Below are positions 52,001 through 62,187 of a DNA stretch of 64,000 nt, piece by piece. The notes below the pieces were generated by a model that was not told where the DNA came from, ran no database searches, and worked only from the letters and a program-made list of their open reading frames with translations. The number at the start of each line of letters is the position of its first letter. The stretch's first letter is position 1. The position numbers and the translations under genes are program-made. Origin of the DNA: an uncultured Myxococcota bacterium (GTDB taxonomy: Bacteria; Pseudomonadota; Alphaproteobacteria; Rhodobacterales; Rhodobacteraceae); contig CAXMUJ010000215.1 of NCBI GenBank assembly GCA_964196455.1, positions 5,405 to 69,404 of the forward strand. Direction: 5' to 3'.

Positions 52001-54205
52001 TCAATAGAAAGTCTGGGGGTCGATATCGATACTGATGCGCATGTTGTTGGGCAGCTTCACCGAATTGCGCCAAGCCGCCAGTGCCGATTGTATAGGCGCG
52101 CCCTTGGCCGCCTTGACCAACAGGCGCACACGATGCCGCCCCCTGACCCGCGCTACAGGTGCCGGTGCGGGCCCAAAAACCTCGGCCCCGATCTGACGCA
52201 GGGGGGCGGCGTTGCGCACCAGTTGATTGGCAATATCAAACACCGGTTGCAACTCCGGTCCGGACAAAACGATGCCAGCCAAGCGGCCAAAAGGTGGCAC
52301 GCCGGCGGCCTCGCGCTGGGCGGCCTCGGCGGTCCAAAATGCCTCGTCGTCATCGCTCAGGATTGCCCGGATCACCGGATGATCAGGCTGCAGGCTCTGC
52401 AACAAAGCCAGCCCGCGTTTTTCCACGCGCCCTGCGCGTCCCGCTACTTGTCGCATCAACTGGAATGTCCGCTCTGCGGCCCGCAAATCGCCACCCTGCA
52501 GGCCCAGATCGGCGTCGATCACCCCGACAAGCGTCAACAGTGGAAAATTGTGGCCTTTGGCGACCATTTGCGTGCCAATAATAATATCGGCAGCGCCCGA
52601 AGCGATCTGACCGATGCGTTCCTTGAGCGCGCGCGCAGTCATCGCCATGTCGGACGACAAGATCGCAATTCGGGCGTCGGGGAACCGCGCCTCGACCTCT
52701 TCGGCCAGCCGCTCGACACCGGGTCCAACAGCGGCCAGTTTACCTTCGACACTGCACGACGGACAGATCGTCGGGATCGGTTTTGTCTCGCCGCATTGAT
52801 GGCACATCAGATGGGCATGAAACCGGTGTTCGACCATGCGCGCATCGCAATGGTCACAGCCGACTTGGTGCCCGCAAGCGCGGCACACTGTTAAAGGCGC
52901 ATAGCCGCGCCGGTTCAAAAAGAGCAATGATTGCTCTTTGATTGCCAGGCGTTTGTGGACTTCTGACACCAAGGTTCGCGACAACCAACGGCCCTGCTCC
53001 AACTCGTCTGCGCGCAAGTCGATCGCCACCATTTTCGGCATTTCCGCCGCCCCGAACCGGGCATCCAGCATCAGCTTTTGGTATTTTCCGGCCTGCGCAT
53101 TTGCCCAGGTTTCCAGCGACGGCGTCGCTGACGCCAGAACAACCGATGCCCCACAGATCGAGGCCCGCATAACGGTCATATCGCGGGCCGAATACAAAAC
53201 CCCGTCTTCTTGTTTATAAGATGTGTCGTGTTCTTCATCGACGACAATCAGGCCCAATTTGCGAAACGGCAGATAGAGCGACGATCGCGCGCCGACGACC
53301 AATTGCGCCTCGCCCTCGCCGACCATCCGCCATGCGCGCCGTCGCTCGGTCATGGTCACACCGGAATGCCATTCCGCTGGTCGTGCGCCAAACCGCTTTT
53401 CGACCCGATCCAGAAATTCGATTGTCAGAGCAATCTCTGGCAACAGAACCAGCGCCTGTCGTCCCTGCCGCAGACATTCGGCGACAGCTTCCAGATAGAC
53501 CTCGGTCTTGCCCGACCCTGTGACGCCCTTGAGCATCGTCGTTTGATAGCGCTGTGCGGCCACAGATTTGACCAGCGCATCGGACACTTGGCTTTGCTGG
53601 TCGGTCAGCGTGACAACGGTGGCCTCTGGATCAAGCCGGGGATAGGGCGCATCGCGCGGTGTCTCGACCTCGTAGACCACACCCTGCTTTACCAGACCTT
53701 TGATAACCGAGGACGACACCCCCGCCATTGCCGACAGCTCTCCTTGTTGGAACGGCAGACCTTGGTGTTCTTCCAACACCGCAATGACCCGTTCGCGCGC
53801 CGGTGTCATCCGGTCAGGGTCACGTGTCCCCAAAACATATAGTTTGCGCATTCCCGGCGGATCAGCCAGCCCCGGTGCGCGGGTCGCAAGCCGCAACATC
53901 GCGTGCAGCGGCGTCAGCGTATAGGCCGCGACGCGCTCCAGAAACGTCTTCATTTCTTCGCGCATCGGGGCAACATCCAAGACGCGGTTTACCGGCCTGA
54001 TCTTTTTGGGATCGAATTCGCCCGCACCTGCGCCCCAAACAACACCCAGAACTTGCCTCGGACCCAACGGCACGATGACATAGGCGCCGGTAAAAACACC
54101 GCCCCGAGGGGCTTTGTAGTCCAGAAACCGGTCCAGCGGCTGCGCCGTCAATACGCTGACAAGGCTGCCTTGTTCAAAAAAACTGGGGTCTGGGGTCTGT
54201 GCCAC
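52001..54205 (-). CDS. priA: primosomal replication-restart helicase PriA
   Basis: The 734-aa ORF has GVTGSGKTEVY, DEEHD and the Cys-rich insertion CRACGHQVGCDHCDARMVEHR...CHQCGE...CPSC. Confidence 0.95.
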   Translation of the reverse strand: MAQTPDPSFFEQGSLVSVLTAQPLDRFLDYKAPRGGVFTGAYVIVPLGPRQVLGVVWGAGAGEFDPKKIRPVNRVLDVAPMREEMKTFLERVAAYTLTPLHAMLRLATRAPGLADPPGMRKLYVLGTRDPDRMTPARERVIAVLEEHQGLPFQQGELSAMAGVSSSVIKGLVKQGVVYEVETPRDAPYPRLDPEATVVTLTDQQSQVSDALVKSVAAQRYQTTMLKGVTGSGKTEVYLEAVAECLRQGRQALVLLPEIALTIEFLDRVEKRFGARPAEWHSGVTMTERRRAWRMVGEGEAQLVVGARSSLYLPFRKLGLIVVDEEHDTSYKQEDGVLYSARDMTVMRASICGASVVLASATPSLETWANAQAGKYQKLMLDARFGAAEMPKMVAIDLRADELEQGRWLSRTLVSEVHKRLAIKEQSLLFLNRRGYAPLTVCRACGHQVGCDHCDARMVEHRFHAHLMCHQCGETKPIPTICPSCSVEGKLAAVGPGVERLAEEVEARFPDARIAILSSDMAMTARALKERIGQIASGAADIIIGTQMVAKGHNFPLLTLVGVIDADLGLQGGDLRAAERTFQLMRQVAGRAGRVEKRGLALLQSLQPDHPVIRAILSDDDEAFWTAEAAQREAAGVPPFGRLAGIVLSGPELQPVFDIANQLVRNAAPLRQIGAEVFGPAPAPVARVRGRHRVRLLVKAAKGAPIQSALAAWRNSVKLPNNMRISIDIDPQTFY

Positions 54206-54361
54206 GCCGGATACCTTAACCGCAAAAAGGTGTTTTCACTTAAACTACCCTCCTGTAATATGCGGCCAATGGCCAAAGAAGCCAGCGATTTACAGGGCAA
54301 AGCCACAAAAATCTTGTGGCGGTGCAAATTCAGGGCCACACAACACGGCCAGAGGGACAGA

Positions 54362-55066
54362 ATGAGCAAAACAAACGATAAATTGGACGCGCTGCGCGCG
54401 GATGTAATTGCCAACCCGCATCTGTTGTTGGACGACAAGGAAATTATGGCAGCCCTGATGGCCGGCGGCGATGACCGGATCGGCAACAACGTCTTCGATC
54501 TGCGCAACATGGCGCTGCAACATATGTCCAAACGACTGGACGAGTTGTCAGAGACCCACAGCACCGTCGTGTCGACCGCCTATGATAATCTGGCGACGGC
54601 AAACCAGATAAACCGGGCGATCATGGCCCTGTTGGACCCGCAAAGTTTTGCCGCTTTTCTAGCGTTTCTGGAGAGCACGTTGGCAGACAGCTTGAACGTC
54701 GATGCTGCGCGTCTGTGCCTCGAGACACCGGTCGTGCGGATTAATGGCCAAAAACAGACCGAATACGGAAACGGTGTTTCGTTTCTGCAGCCCACCGCCA
54801 TTGCCAAATACGTCGCCGGCGGAACCCTGCCAAAACCCGTGACATTGCGTCAAACCAACTCGGCCTCGCTCGAAATGTACGGCGACAATGCCGCACAGAT
54901 CAAATCCGAGGCCCTGATTGTAATTCAGCTGGGTGCCGGCAAACAGCCCGGCATTCTGGCCTTGGGATCAAAATCGGCGACGCAGCTGGATGCGGGTCAG
55001 GCGACGGATTTGCTGTTGTTTTACGGGGCTGTTTTTGAACGGGTTATGCGACGCTGGTTGGGATAG
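54362..55066 (+). CDS. DUF484 family protein
   Basis: MSKTNDKLDALRADVIANPHLLLDD... is present with a GAF-like C-terminus. The position upstream of xerC is typical. The track ORF start at 53903 overlaps priA and is rejected. Confidence 0.75.
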   Translation: MSKTNDKLDALRADVIANPHLLLDDKEIMAALMAGGDDRIGNNVFDLRNMALQHMSKRLDELSETHSTVVSTAYDNLATANQINRAIMALLDPQSFAAFLAFLESTLADSLNVDAARLCLETPVVRINGQKQTEYGNGVSFLQPTAIAKYVAGGTLPKPVTLRQTNSASLEMYGDNAAQIKSEALIVIQLGAGKQPGILALGSKSATQLDAGQATDLLLFYGAVFERVMRRWLG

Positions 55067-55449
55067 GGACCGGGTCGCTTTCAATTCCTGTCACTTCTAC
55101 AACGGCGCCACAATCGCTGCAAAACTGGTGGATGTAGCGGGGCTGCAAACACCTGATGCCGCAGAGCACGCGTCGATATCTGTGATCAACGGCTATCATT
55201 GCGGCTAAGCGGCGGCGTGGTTGCCAATGCCCGATCCCCCCGACCATGGCGCCTTTGTGATTGCCGGTTCGAGCTAGGCCAAAAGGCCGATCCCGCGCTT
55301 ATCGAAGGCTGGAATGCCCCGCAGGAAATCAAACGCTGGATATTCTGGGAGAGTGTCGGCGGTCCAATACAGTGGTAGTCGCCAAGCGATGACACCCTTC
55401 TCTTGGCGCAATTGCGTTGCTACACTGGCCGCAAAAACAGGAGCAGACC

Positions 55450-56379
55450 GTGATACATAGCGATAAGCCATCATCTGGCGGTTACGATCTGATGGCGCAG
55501 TGGTTGATCCAGCTTGCCGGTCTGAGCGGCGCGGCAGACAAAACTGTTGCCGCCTACCAGCGCGACGTCACCGGGTTTTTGGGATTTCTGACGCAGCATT
55601 TCGGTGCAACTCTGTCGAAAAACGAATTGGCGCGGGTCGCCATTTCAGACATGCGGGCCTGGATGGCTTTTGGTCGGGGCGAGGGTCGATCCGCGCGCAG
55701 CTTGGCGCGCGAACTGTCGGCGGTTAAATCCTTCTTTCGCTGGTTGGATCAGACCCACGGCGTTGATGCAACGACGGTTCTGGCCACACGGTCACCAAAA
55801 TTCAGCCCCGGCTTGCCCAGACCGGTTTCCCAACCCAATGCCCGTGCCCTGATCGACACCATAGAGCTACAGTCGCCGGACAGCTGGATTGCGGCACGCG
55901 ATGTGGCGGTTTTGACGCTGTTATATGGCTGCGGACTGCGGATTTCCGAAGCGCTGGGACTGACGCGTAGGGCGGCACCGTTGCCCGAGGTTTTGCGGAT
56001 CACCGGCAAGGGCAACAAACAGCGGATTGTGCCGGTTTTGCCGATTGCCCGGGCGTCCGTCGACAGTTATCTGCGGCTTTGCCCCTTTGCCCAAACACCA
56101 AACGATCCGCTGTTTCTGGGCAAACGTGGTGGGCCGCTAAATCCGCGCATGATCCAAAAAACCATGCAAATGGCCCGCATGCAACTGGGTTTGCCGGCCA
56201 CGGCCACACCGCATGCGATGCGCCATTCCTTTGCCACGCATTTATTGGAGGCAGGCGGTGATTTGCGATCCATTCAGGAATTGCTGGGCCATGCGTCGTT
56301 GTCAACGACGCAGGCCTATACCGCGGTTGATCAGACTCGGTTGATGGAAGTCTACAAAAAAGCCCATCCCAAGGGATGA
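55450..56379 (+). CDS. xerC: site-specific tyrosine recombinase XerC
   Basis: The N-terminal SAM-like domain (TVAAYQRDVTGFLGFL) and the catalytic residues (LRISEAL, HAMRHSFATHLL, LGHASLSTTQAYT) are present. The GTG at 55450 follows an AGGAG Shine-Dalgarno. Confidence 0.88.
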   Translation: MIHSDKPSSGGYDLMAQWLIQLAGLSGAADKTVAAYQRDVTGFLGFLTQHFGATLSKNELARVAISDMRAWMAFGRGEGRSARSLARELSAVKSFFRWLDQTHGVDATTVLATRSPKFSPGLPRPVSQPNARALIDTIELQSPDSWIAARDVAVLTLLYGCGLRISEALGLTRRAAPLPEVLRITGKGNKQRIVPVLPIARASVDSYLRLCPFAQTPNDPLFLGKRGGPLNPRMIQKTMQMARMQLGLPATATPHAMRHSFATHLLEAGGDLRSIQELLGHASLSTTQAYTAVDQTRLMEVYKKAHPKG

Positions 56380-56419
56380 GAGGCTTTCCCCCTGCGGAAT
56401 TTCCCCGTAAGAGGGTTTG

Positions 56420-57106
56420 ATGACACCATATTTGCGCGCCTATTCTGTCCACCTGCTGACCGCCACTGGCGCCGTTTTTGCCATGCTGGCGATGTTGGCC
56501 GCAGTCGAGGCCAAATGGTCGCTGATGTTCGTCTGGCTGATGGTCGCGTTTTTCGTTGACGGCATCGACGGTCCGCTGGCACGCCGGTACAATGTAAAGG
56601 TTAACGCACCTGAAATTGACGGTGTTTTGCTGGACCTGATAATCGACTATCTGACTTACGTGTTTATTCCGGCCTTTGCCCTGTTTCAGAGCGGCCTGTT
56701 ACCGGGTTGGACGGGATGGATCTGTATTATCATCATCACCTTCACAAGTGCGCTGTATTATTCCGATACGCGGATGAAGACCAAAGACAACAGTTTCAGC
56801 GGCTTTCCGGGCTGTTGGAATATGGTGGTGCTGGTTTTGTTCGCGCTGGAACCAAATTTCTGGATTATTCTGATTTTGGTAGCAGTCCTTGCAATCGCAA
56901 TGTTTTTTCCGCTGAAGTTCATCCACCCAGTGCGCACAACACGCCTGCGCATGATCAATTTGCCGATCGCATTATTTTGGACAGCGTTGGCTGGTACCGC
57001 GGCATGGGCCGACTTTGCGCCGGGTCCGTTTGTGACAATCGGGCTGACAGTATCGAGCCTGTATCTGTTGTTCATCGGTATCGTGATGCAGGCACTGGGC
57101 GACTAG
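56420..57106 (+). CDS. pcs: phosphatidylcholine synthase (CDP-alcohol phosphatidyltransferase family)
   Basis: MTPYLRAYSVHLLTATGAVFA...FFVDGIDGPLARR...LDLIIDYLTYVFIP is present. Confidence 0.85.
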   Translation: MTPYLRAYSVHLLTATGAVFAMLAMLAAVEAKWSLMFVWLMVAFFVDGIDGPLARRYNVKVNAPEIDGVLLDLIIDYLTYVFIPAFALFQSGLLPGWTGWICIIIITFTSALYYSDTRMKTKDNSFSGFPGCWNMVVLVLFALEPNFWIILILVAVLAIAMFFPLKFIHPVRTTRLRMINLPIALFWTALAGTAAWADFAPGPFVTIGLTVSSLYLLFIGIVMQALGD

Positions 57107-57129
57107 GCCAAAGCCCTTATGCCGCAGGG

Positions 57130-57318
57130 CTATTTCGCAAATTCAGCATCCAGCCGGTTCGCCAATTCTTGCAAGTCTTGTGGAACTTTGCGATTTTGCG
57201 CCTGTAATTCCGCCAATTGCTCGCGCAGAACTTCTCGGGCTTCATGCAAATCTTCTGGTTGATAGGTCGCCTCTTCCAACAACATGGCAATGCGGGCTTT
57301 GATGGCTTCAAACGGCAT
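57130..57318 (-). CDS. small helical hypothetical protein (62 aa), translationally coupled to the TraR/DksA-like gene
   Basis: Its ATG immediately follows the upstream TAG (TAGATG). The product is acidic, helical and Leu/Glu/Gln-rich. I recognise no family. Confidence 0.5.
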   Translation of the reverse strand: MPFEAIKARIAMLLEEATYQPEDLHEAREVLREQLAELQAQNRKVPQDLQELANRLDAEFAK

Positions 57319-57654
57319 CTAGAGCTTCCTTTCGGCGCTTGCTGCGCAGGTTTTACAAACGGGTGTGTACGGTAACACATCCAGCCGCTTTTCGGAAATA
57401 TCGTTGCCACAGTGTGCACATTCGCCATAGGTGTCATCCGAAATTCGCGCCAACGCGGCATTGATCATCCTGATTTCTGCAACCCCGGCATTTCCGATAC
57501 CCTCCAGCACCTCGTCAGCTTCGACTTCGGTCGCATGGTCTTCGACATCACGATTGTGGTGCGCCTCCAACTCGTGATCAATGTCGTGCAACCGGTGATC
57601 CAGTTCCTTAAGACGGGTTTCCAACTGAGATTTGCGGTGTGATAGTGACGTCAT
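57319..57654 (-). CDS. TraR/DksA family C4 zinc-finger protein
   Basis: The 111-aa ORF has an N-terminal coiled coil plus CAHCGNDISEKRLDVLPYTPVCKTC. Confidence 0.85.
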   Translation of the reverse strand: MTSLSHRKSQLETRLKELDHRLHDIDHELEAHHNRDVEDHATEVEADEVLEGIGNAGVAEIRMINAALARISDDTYGECAHCGNDISEKRLDVLPYTPVCKTCAASAERKL

Positions 57655-57727
57655 CTTTTACTCCTGTTCAAGTTGTCCTACTTGGCGTCATGCACAGCGG
57701 CGCGTCGTTGATCTGAATCAAGCTAGA

Positions 57728-58564
57728 CTAAATCCGGATCAGAACAACGCCGGTCGCGATCAAAATTGCTGCAATGATTTTTCGCGGATCAGAGCGTTCA
57801 CCCAAAACCACTATACCTATTAAAACCGCAAACAAAACGGATGTTTCACGCAAAGCCGCCACCAACGCAATTGGCGCAACTGTCATTGCCCAGACAGCAA
57901 TCCAGTACGCTGCAACAGAAGCAACGCCGGCGGCAAGGCCAACCACCCAAAGCCGGCGCGAACGCGACAGCACCTCACGACCACCCCGGTAAATACCCCA
58001 AATTGCAAACAACGTACCGTCCAGAAAGAACAACCAACCAACAAAACCAGAGACATTGCCCGAGGCCCGCGCACCCATTCCATCCGCAATGGTATAGCCC
58101 GCAGTTCCCAGTGCCGCCCCCAATGCAAAAGGCAGCAACTGTAGGGACACGCCATACACAAAGACACCACGAGCCATTTGCAAAATACCCAGCGCCAGCA
58201 AGATAATTGCGATGATCTGGACGGAACTCAGATGGTCGGGCAACAGGACAAAACCAGCCAGCATAACCAACACAGGTGCCGTTCCGCGCGAAATTGGATA
58301 AACGCGGCTGAGATCGCCGTGGCTGTAGGCCAGAGTCAGACAGTATTTGTACAACCAGTGCAATAAAACAGAGACAGCCAACCAGCCCCAGGCCGCAGGT
58401 TTGGGAGCTGGAAAATACAGTATCATCACCAATCCAGCAGCGCCGTGCGCAATAGACAGCAAGATCATGCCCAGCACCTTGTTGTCACCAAATTTAATGA
58501 TCGCATTCCACGACGCATGCAACAACGCCGCACACAGAACTGCAAAAAAGACGCCTGAACTCAT
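57728..58564 (-). CDS. DMT superfamily (EamA-like) transporter
   Basis: The 278-aa ORF has about 10 TM helices and the N-terminus LCAALLHASWNAIIKF. Confidence 0.8.
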   Translation of the reverse strand: MSSGVFFAVLCAALLHASWNAIIKFGDNKVLGMILLSIAHGAAGLVMILYFPAPKPAAWGWLAVSVLLHWLYKYCLTLAYSHGDLSRVYPISRGTAPVLVMLAGFVLLPDHLSSVQIIAIILLALGILQMARGVFVYGVSLQLLPFALGAALGTAGYTIADGMGARASGNVSGFVGWLFFLDGTLFAIWGIYRGGREVLSRSRRLWVVGLAAGVASVAAYWIAVWAMTVAPIALVAALRETSVLFAVLIGIVVLGERSDPRKIIAAILIATGVVLIRI

Positions 58565-58565
58565 A

Positions 58566-59021
58566 TTATATCAGCAATGATGCCGCCCCTTCGTGCTTCA
58601 ACAGCCAAACCTTGGTCTCGACACCACCTTCGCCGGAGTATCCGCCCAGACCGTCTGCCGCCAATACACGGTGGCACGGGATGATGATCGGGATCGGGTT
58701 GGCGCCACAAGCATTGCCGACCGGTTGCGCCGGCGCTGCCACCGCCAATGCGATATCGCCATAGGTGCGGGTGTGACCAAAGGGTATTGCCGACATCCGG
58801 TCCCAAACAGATTTTTGGAAATCGGTTCCCGACGGGGCCAAGGGCAGGTTGAACACCCGCAACTCGCCAGCAAAAAAGGCCTCCAACTGGCGGAGGCCCT
58901 CTTTCAATATATCACTGCGAAACCCGCTAACTTCGTGACCCCACACCAAGCGGGTAATTGCGCCACCTTCCTCGACCAGAGATATCTGACCTATCGGAGT
59001 TCGGGTGGCCGCACTGTTCAT
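58566..59021 (-). CDS. ogt: methylated-DNA--protein-cysteine methyltransferase
   Basis: The active-site PCHRV ([13 protein letters not shown]) and the preceding helix-turn-helix TYGDIA are present. Confidence 0.9.
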   Translation of the reverse strand: MNSAATRTPIGQISLVEEGGAITRLVWGHEVSGFRSDILKEGLRQLEAFFAGELRVFNLPLAPSGTDFQKSVWDRMSAIPFGHTRTYGDIALAVAAPAQPVGNACGANPIPIIIPCHRVLAADGLGGYSGEGGVETKVWLLKHEGAASLLI

Positions 59022-61927
59022 CCAAGCGCCTCGTTACAGCGGTGACACGTTTCCGCATGGGCATGGCTGCCCACATCGGGCAGGATTTTCCAGCAACGAC
59101 CGCATTTGTCGCCCTCTGCCTTGGCAAAGGTTACGGCAACACCGGCCACATCGTCCAACGAAAACGCGCTTTTTGGCGCTGCGTCTGCACAAACTGTGAT
59201 CGCCGACGTGATACAGGCATCAGCAAAATCAATGCTCTCGACCAGCGCCCGGATGTCCGCATCCGCGATATAAACCGTTGGAGCCGCTTCCAGCGACGCC
59301 CCGATATTTTTCTCGCGGCGTTCAACCTCGATGGCACCGGTAACCACGCGGCGTACACGACGGATCGCTGACCATTTTGCAGAGAGTTCGGCATCCAACC
59401 AGTCGGCAGGCGTGTCAGGAAAATCATGCAAATGCACACTTTCTCCCGCACCCTTGTCGCCCATACGTTCCAGCCACACATCTTCCATCGTGAAACACAA
59501 CATCGGCGCCAGCCATGTGGTCAGACGGTGGAACAACAAGTCCAGAACGGTGCGTGCGGCCCGGCGTGACTGGCTGTTATCGCCATCACAATACAGCACA
59601 TCCTTGCGGATATCGAAGTAAACCGAGCTAAGGTCCACAGTGCAAAACTGGAACAATTGCTGGAACACGCCTTGGAAATCATAGGTCGCGTAGCCATCGC
59701 GCACGACTTGATCCAATTCGGCCAAACGGTGCAGAATCCAGCGTTCCAGTTCCGGCATTTCAGCAAGATCAACGCGTTCAGCGGCATCAAACCCGTTCAG
59801 ATTGCCAAGGATAAACCGCATTGTGTTGCGCAACCGGCGATAGCTGTCGGCAGTGTTTTTCAGGATTTCCGGACCGATCCTCTGATCGGCAGTATAGTCC
59901 GCTTGCGCCACCCAAAGCCGTAAAATGTCGGCGCCATATTGTTTGACCACGGTTTCCGGCACGATGGTGTTGCCAACGGATTTGGACATTTTCATGCCCT
60001 TTTCGTCCAGCGTAAACCCGTGCGTCAGAACCGACTTGTACGGCGCACGTCCCTTGGTGCCACACGATTGCAACATCGAGGAATGGAACCAGCCGCGATG
60101 CTGGTCGGTGCCTTCCAGATACAGATCGGCGATCCCGTCCGGCGAGCCATCGGGGCGATCACGCACAACAAAGGCATGGGTTGAGCCGCTGTCAAACCAC
60201 ACGTCCAGAATATCGGTCACAAGGGTCCAGTCGTCGGGGTTCACAGCCTCGACACCGGTCAAAAACCGGTCCTTGGCCCCGTCCATATACCAGCAATCCG
60301 CACCCTCGGCCTCGAACGCATCTTTGATCCGCGCATTCACATCGGTGTTGCGCAGAATGAAATTCTCATCCGTTGGCAGCGCACCCTTGCGGGTAAAACA
60401 TGTCAGGGGAACCCCCCACGCCCGTTGCCGCGACAGAACCCAGTCGGGCCGTGCCTCGATCATGGAATAGAGCCGGTTGCGACCGGTTTGCGGTGTCCAG
60501 GTGACCAACTCGTCGATAGAGGTCAGCGCCCGCTCGCGGATGGTTTTGCCATAGGTGTCATCGCCGCCGACAGGCTTGTCGATAGCCGCGAACCACTGCG
60601 GCGTGTTGCGAAAAATGATCGGGGCTTTGGAGCGCCATGAATGCGGATAGCTGTGGGTCACGCGGCCACGCGCAATGATGCCACCAGCCTCGACCAGCTT
60701 GGCAATCACGGCGGTGTTGGCCTTGGCCTCTTTGCCCTTGCGATCAAAGACTTGCAGACCGGCAAAAAACGGCACATGCGGCAAAAATTCGCTTTCCTCG
60801 CCGACATTATGCGTCATCCGATCCAGCCAGTTGCGCTTCATGAACGCTTCATAGTCGTCGGCACCGTGGGACGGCGCGGTGTGCACAAACCCGGTCCCTG
60901 CCTCGTCCGTGACGTGATCGCCGTCGATCATTGGAACATCGTAGTCCCAAAAACCTTCGGCGCCGTCTAGGCCCGCGAGGGGGTGAACACATACGACATC
61001 CGCCAACGTATCCGCAGAAACATCCAAAACCCGAGTAAATTTTGCCACACGGGATTTTTCGAGCGCGTCTGGGGCGAGAACATCCGCCAAAACATACAGA
61101 TCGCCAACCGCGGTCCAGCTTTCGTCTGCGGTTTCATCGACGCGATAAAGTCCGTAGGAAATCTTGGGATTGTAGGCGACAGCCTTGTTCGACGGGATCG
61201 TCCAAGGTGTTGTTGTCCAGATGACAACCCGTGCGTTTTGCAGGGCCTCAGGCGCGGATTTAAGGGCAAAAGGCACCCAGATCGTATGGCTCTTGTGATC
61301 GTGATATTCGATCTCGGCCTCGGCCAGCGCGGTTTTTTCCACCGGCGACCACATCACCGGCTTGGAGCCTTGATACAATGCGCCGTTCATCACGAATTTC
61401 ATAAACTCGTCGGCGATCACCGCCTCGGAATGATAGTCCATCGTCAAATAGGGGTCTTCCCATTTGCCGGTGATGCCCAGACGTTTGAACTCGTCGCGCT
61501 GGATGTCGATCCAGCCTTCGGCGAACTTGCGGCATTCCTGACGAAAGGCCACCACAGGCACATCGTCTTTGTTTTTGCCCTTTTTCCGGTATTGCTCTTC
61601 GATCTTCCATTCGATCGGCAGACCATGGCAATCCCAACCCGGCACATAGCGCGCATCGCGGCCCAGCATTTGCTGCGAACGGACAATAAAATCTTTCAGA
61701 ACCTTGTTCAGCGCATGGCCGATGTGCAGGTGACCGTTGGCATATGGAGGCCCGTCATGCAGGATAAACGGCTCGCGCCCCGATTTTTCGCGCAGACGGT
61801 CGTAGACACCAATTTCGGCCCAACGGGCCAGCCATTCGGGTTCACGTTTTGGCAAGCCTGCCCGCATGGGAAAGTCGGTGACAGGCAGGTTCAGGGTATC
61901 TTTGTAGTTGGGTGTTTCAGCACACAT
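59018..61927 (-). CDS. ileS: isoleucine--tRNA ligase
   Basis: The 969-aa ORF has the HIGH motif ([14 protein letters not shown]), KMSKS and a C-terminal Zn finger CGRCW...CHRC. Confidence 0.97.
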   Translation of the reverse strand: MCAETPNYKDTLNLPVTDFPMRAGLPKREPEWLARWAEIGVYDRLREKSGREPFILHDGPPYANGHLHIGHALNKVLKDFIVRSQQMLGRDARYVPGWDCHGLPIEWKIEEQYRKKGKNKDDVPVVAFRQECRKFAEGWIDIQRDEFKRLGITGKWEDPYLTMDYHSEAVIADEFMKFVMNGALYQGSKPVMWSPVEKTALAEAEIEYHDHKSHTIWVPFALKSAPEALQNARVVIWTTTPWTIPSNKAVAYNPKISYGLYRVDETADESWTAVGDLYVLADVLAPDALEKSRVAKFTRVLDVSADTLADVVCVHPLAGLDGAEGFWDYDVPMIDGDHVTDEAGTGFVHTAPSHGADDYEAFMKRNWLDRMTHNVGEESEFLPHVPFFAGLQVFDRKGKEAKANTAVIAKLVEAGGIIARGRVTHSYPHSWRSKAPIIFRNTPQWFAAIDKPVGGDDTYGKTIRERALTSIDELVTWTPQTGRNRLYSMIEARPDWVLSRQRAWGVPLTCFTRKGALPTDENFILRNTDVNARIKDAFEAEGADCWYMDGAKDRFLTGVEAVNPDDWTLVTDILDVWFDSGSTHAFVVRDRPDGSPDGIADLYLEGTDQHRGWFHSSMLQSCGTKGRAPYKSVLTHGFTLDEKGMKMSKSVGNTIVPETVVKQYGADILRLWVAQADYTADQRIGPEILKNTADSYRRLRNTMRFILGNLNGFDAAERVDLAEMPELERWILHRLAELDQVVRDGYATYDFQGVFQQLFQFCTVDLSSVYFDIRKDVLYCDGDNSQSRRAARTVLDLLFHRLTTWLAPMLCFTMEDVWLERMGDKGAGESVHLHDFPDTPADWLDAELSAKWSAIRRVRRVVTGAIEVERREKNIGASLEAAPTVYIADADIRALVESIDFADACITSAITVCADAAPKSAFSLDDVAGVAVTFAKAEGDKCGRCWKILPDVGSHAHAETCHRCNEALG

Positions 61928-62187
61928 GGAATAGGTCCGGTCTGGGGGAATTCAGGAAGAGGGCGGCGCGGTTTTCATACGCCTTTGCCCGGCCGCTCGC
62001 GAGATCAGAGCGCCGGGTATATAATTCGAATAATGATGCCGAATATAGGTCCCATGGCGACGCTTATAGCCCTGCCCACATCGAAGGTCCAGCCTGATTG
62101 GCACCGCGTGTGGCTGTGACAATTGGCAACGTGCAGCGCGACCGGTTTCAGCCTAGGATTCCACAAGAGATTTCGGAGCCGTCAGCC

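Noticed and set aside
55255-55290. A tRNA-like GGTTCGAGC segment. A GGGTTCGACCC hairpin also occurs at about 63925-63945.
   Set aside because: Neither has a 5-bp T-stem with a 7-nt loop flanked by acceptor, D and anticodon arms. The second lies inside an open reading frame. I could not support any tRNA in the window.
55450-56379. A tyrosine recombinase as a marker of a prophage or integrative element.
   Set aside because: The sequence and its DUF484 neighbour identify it as the housekeeping XerC. No phage, conjugation or att-like repeats flank it.
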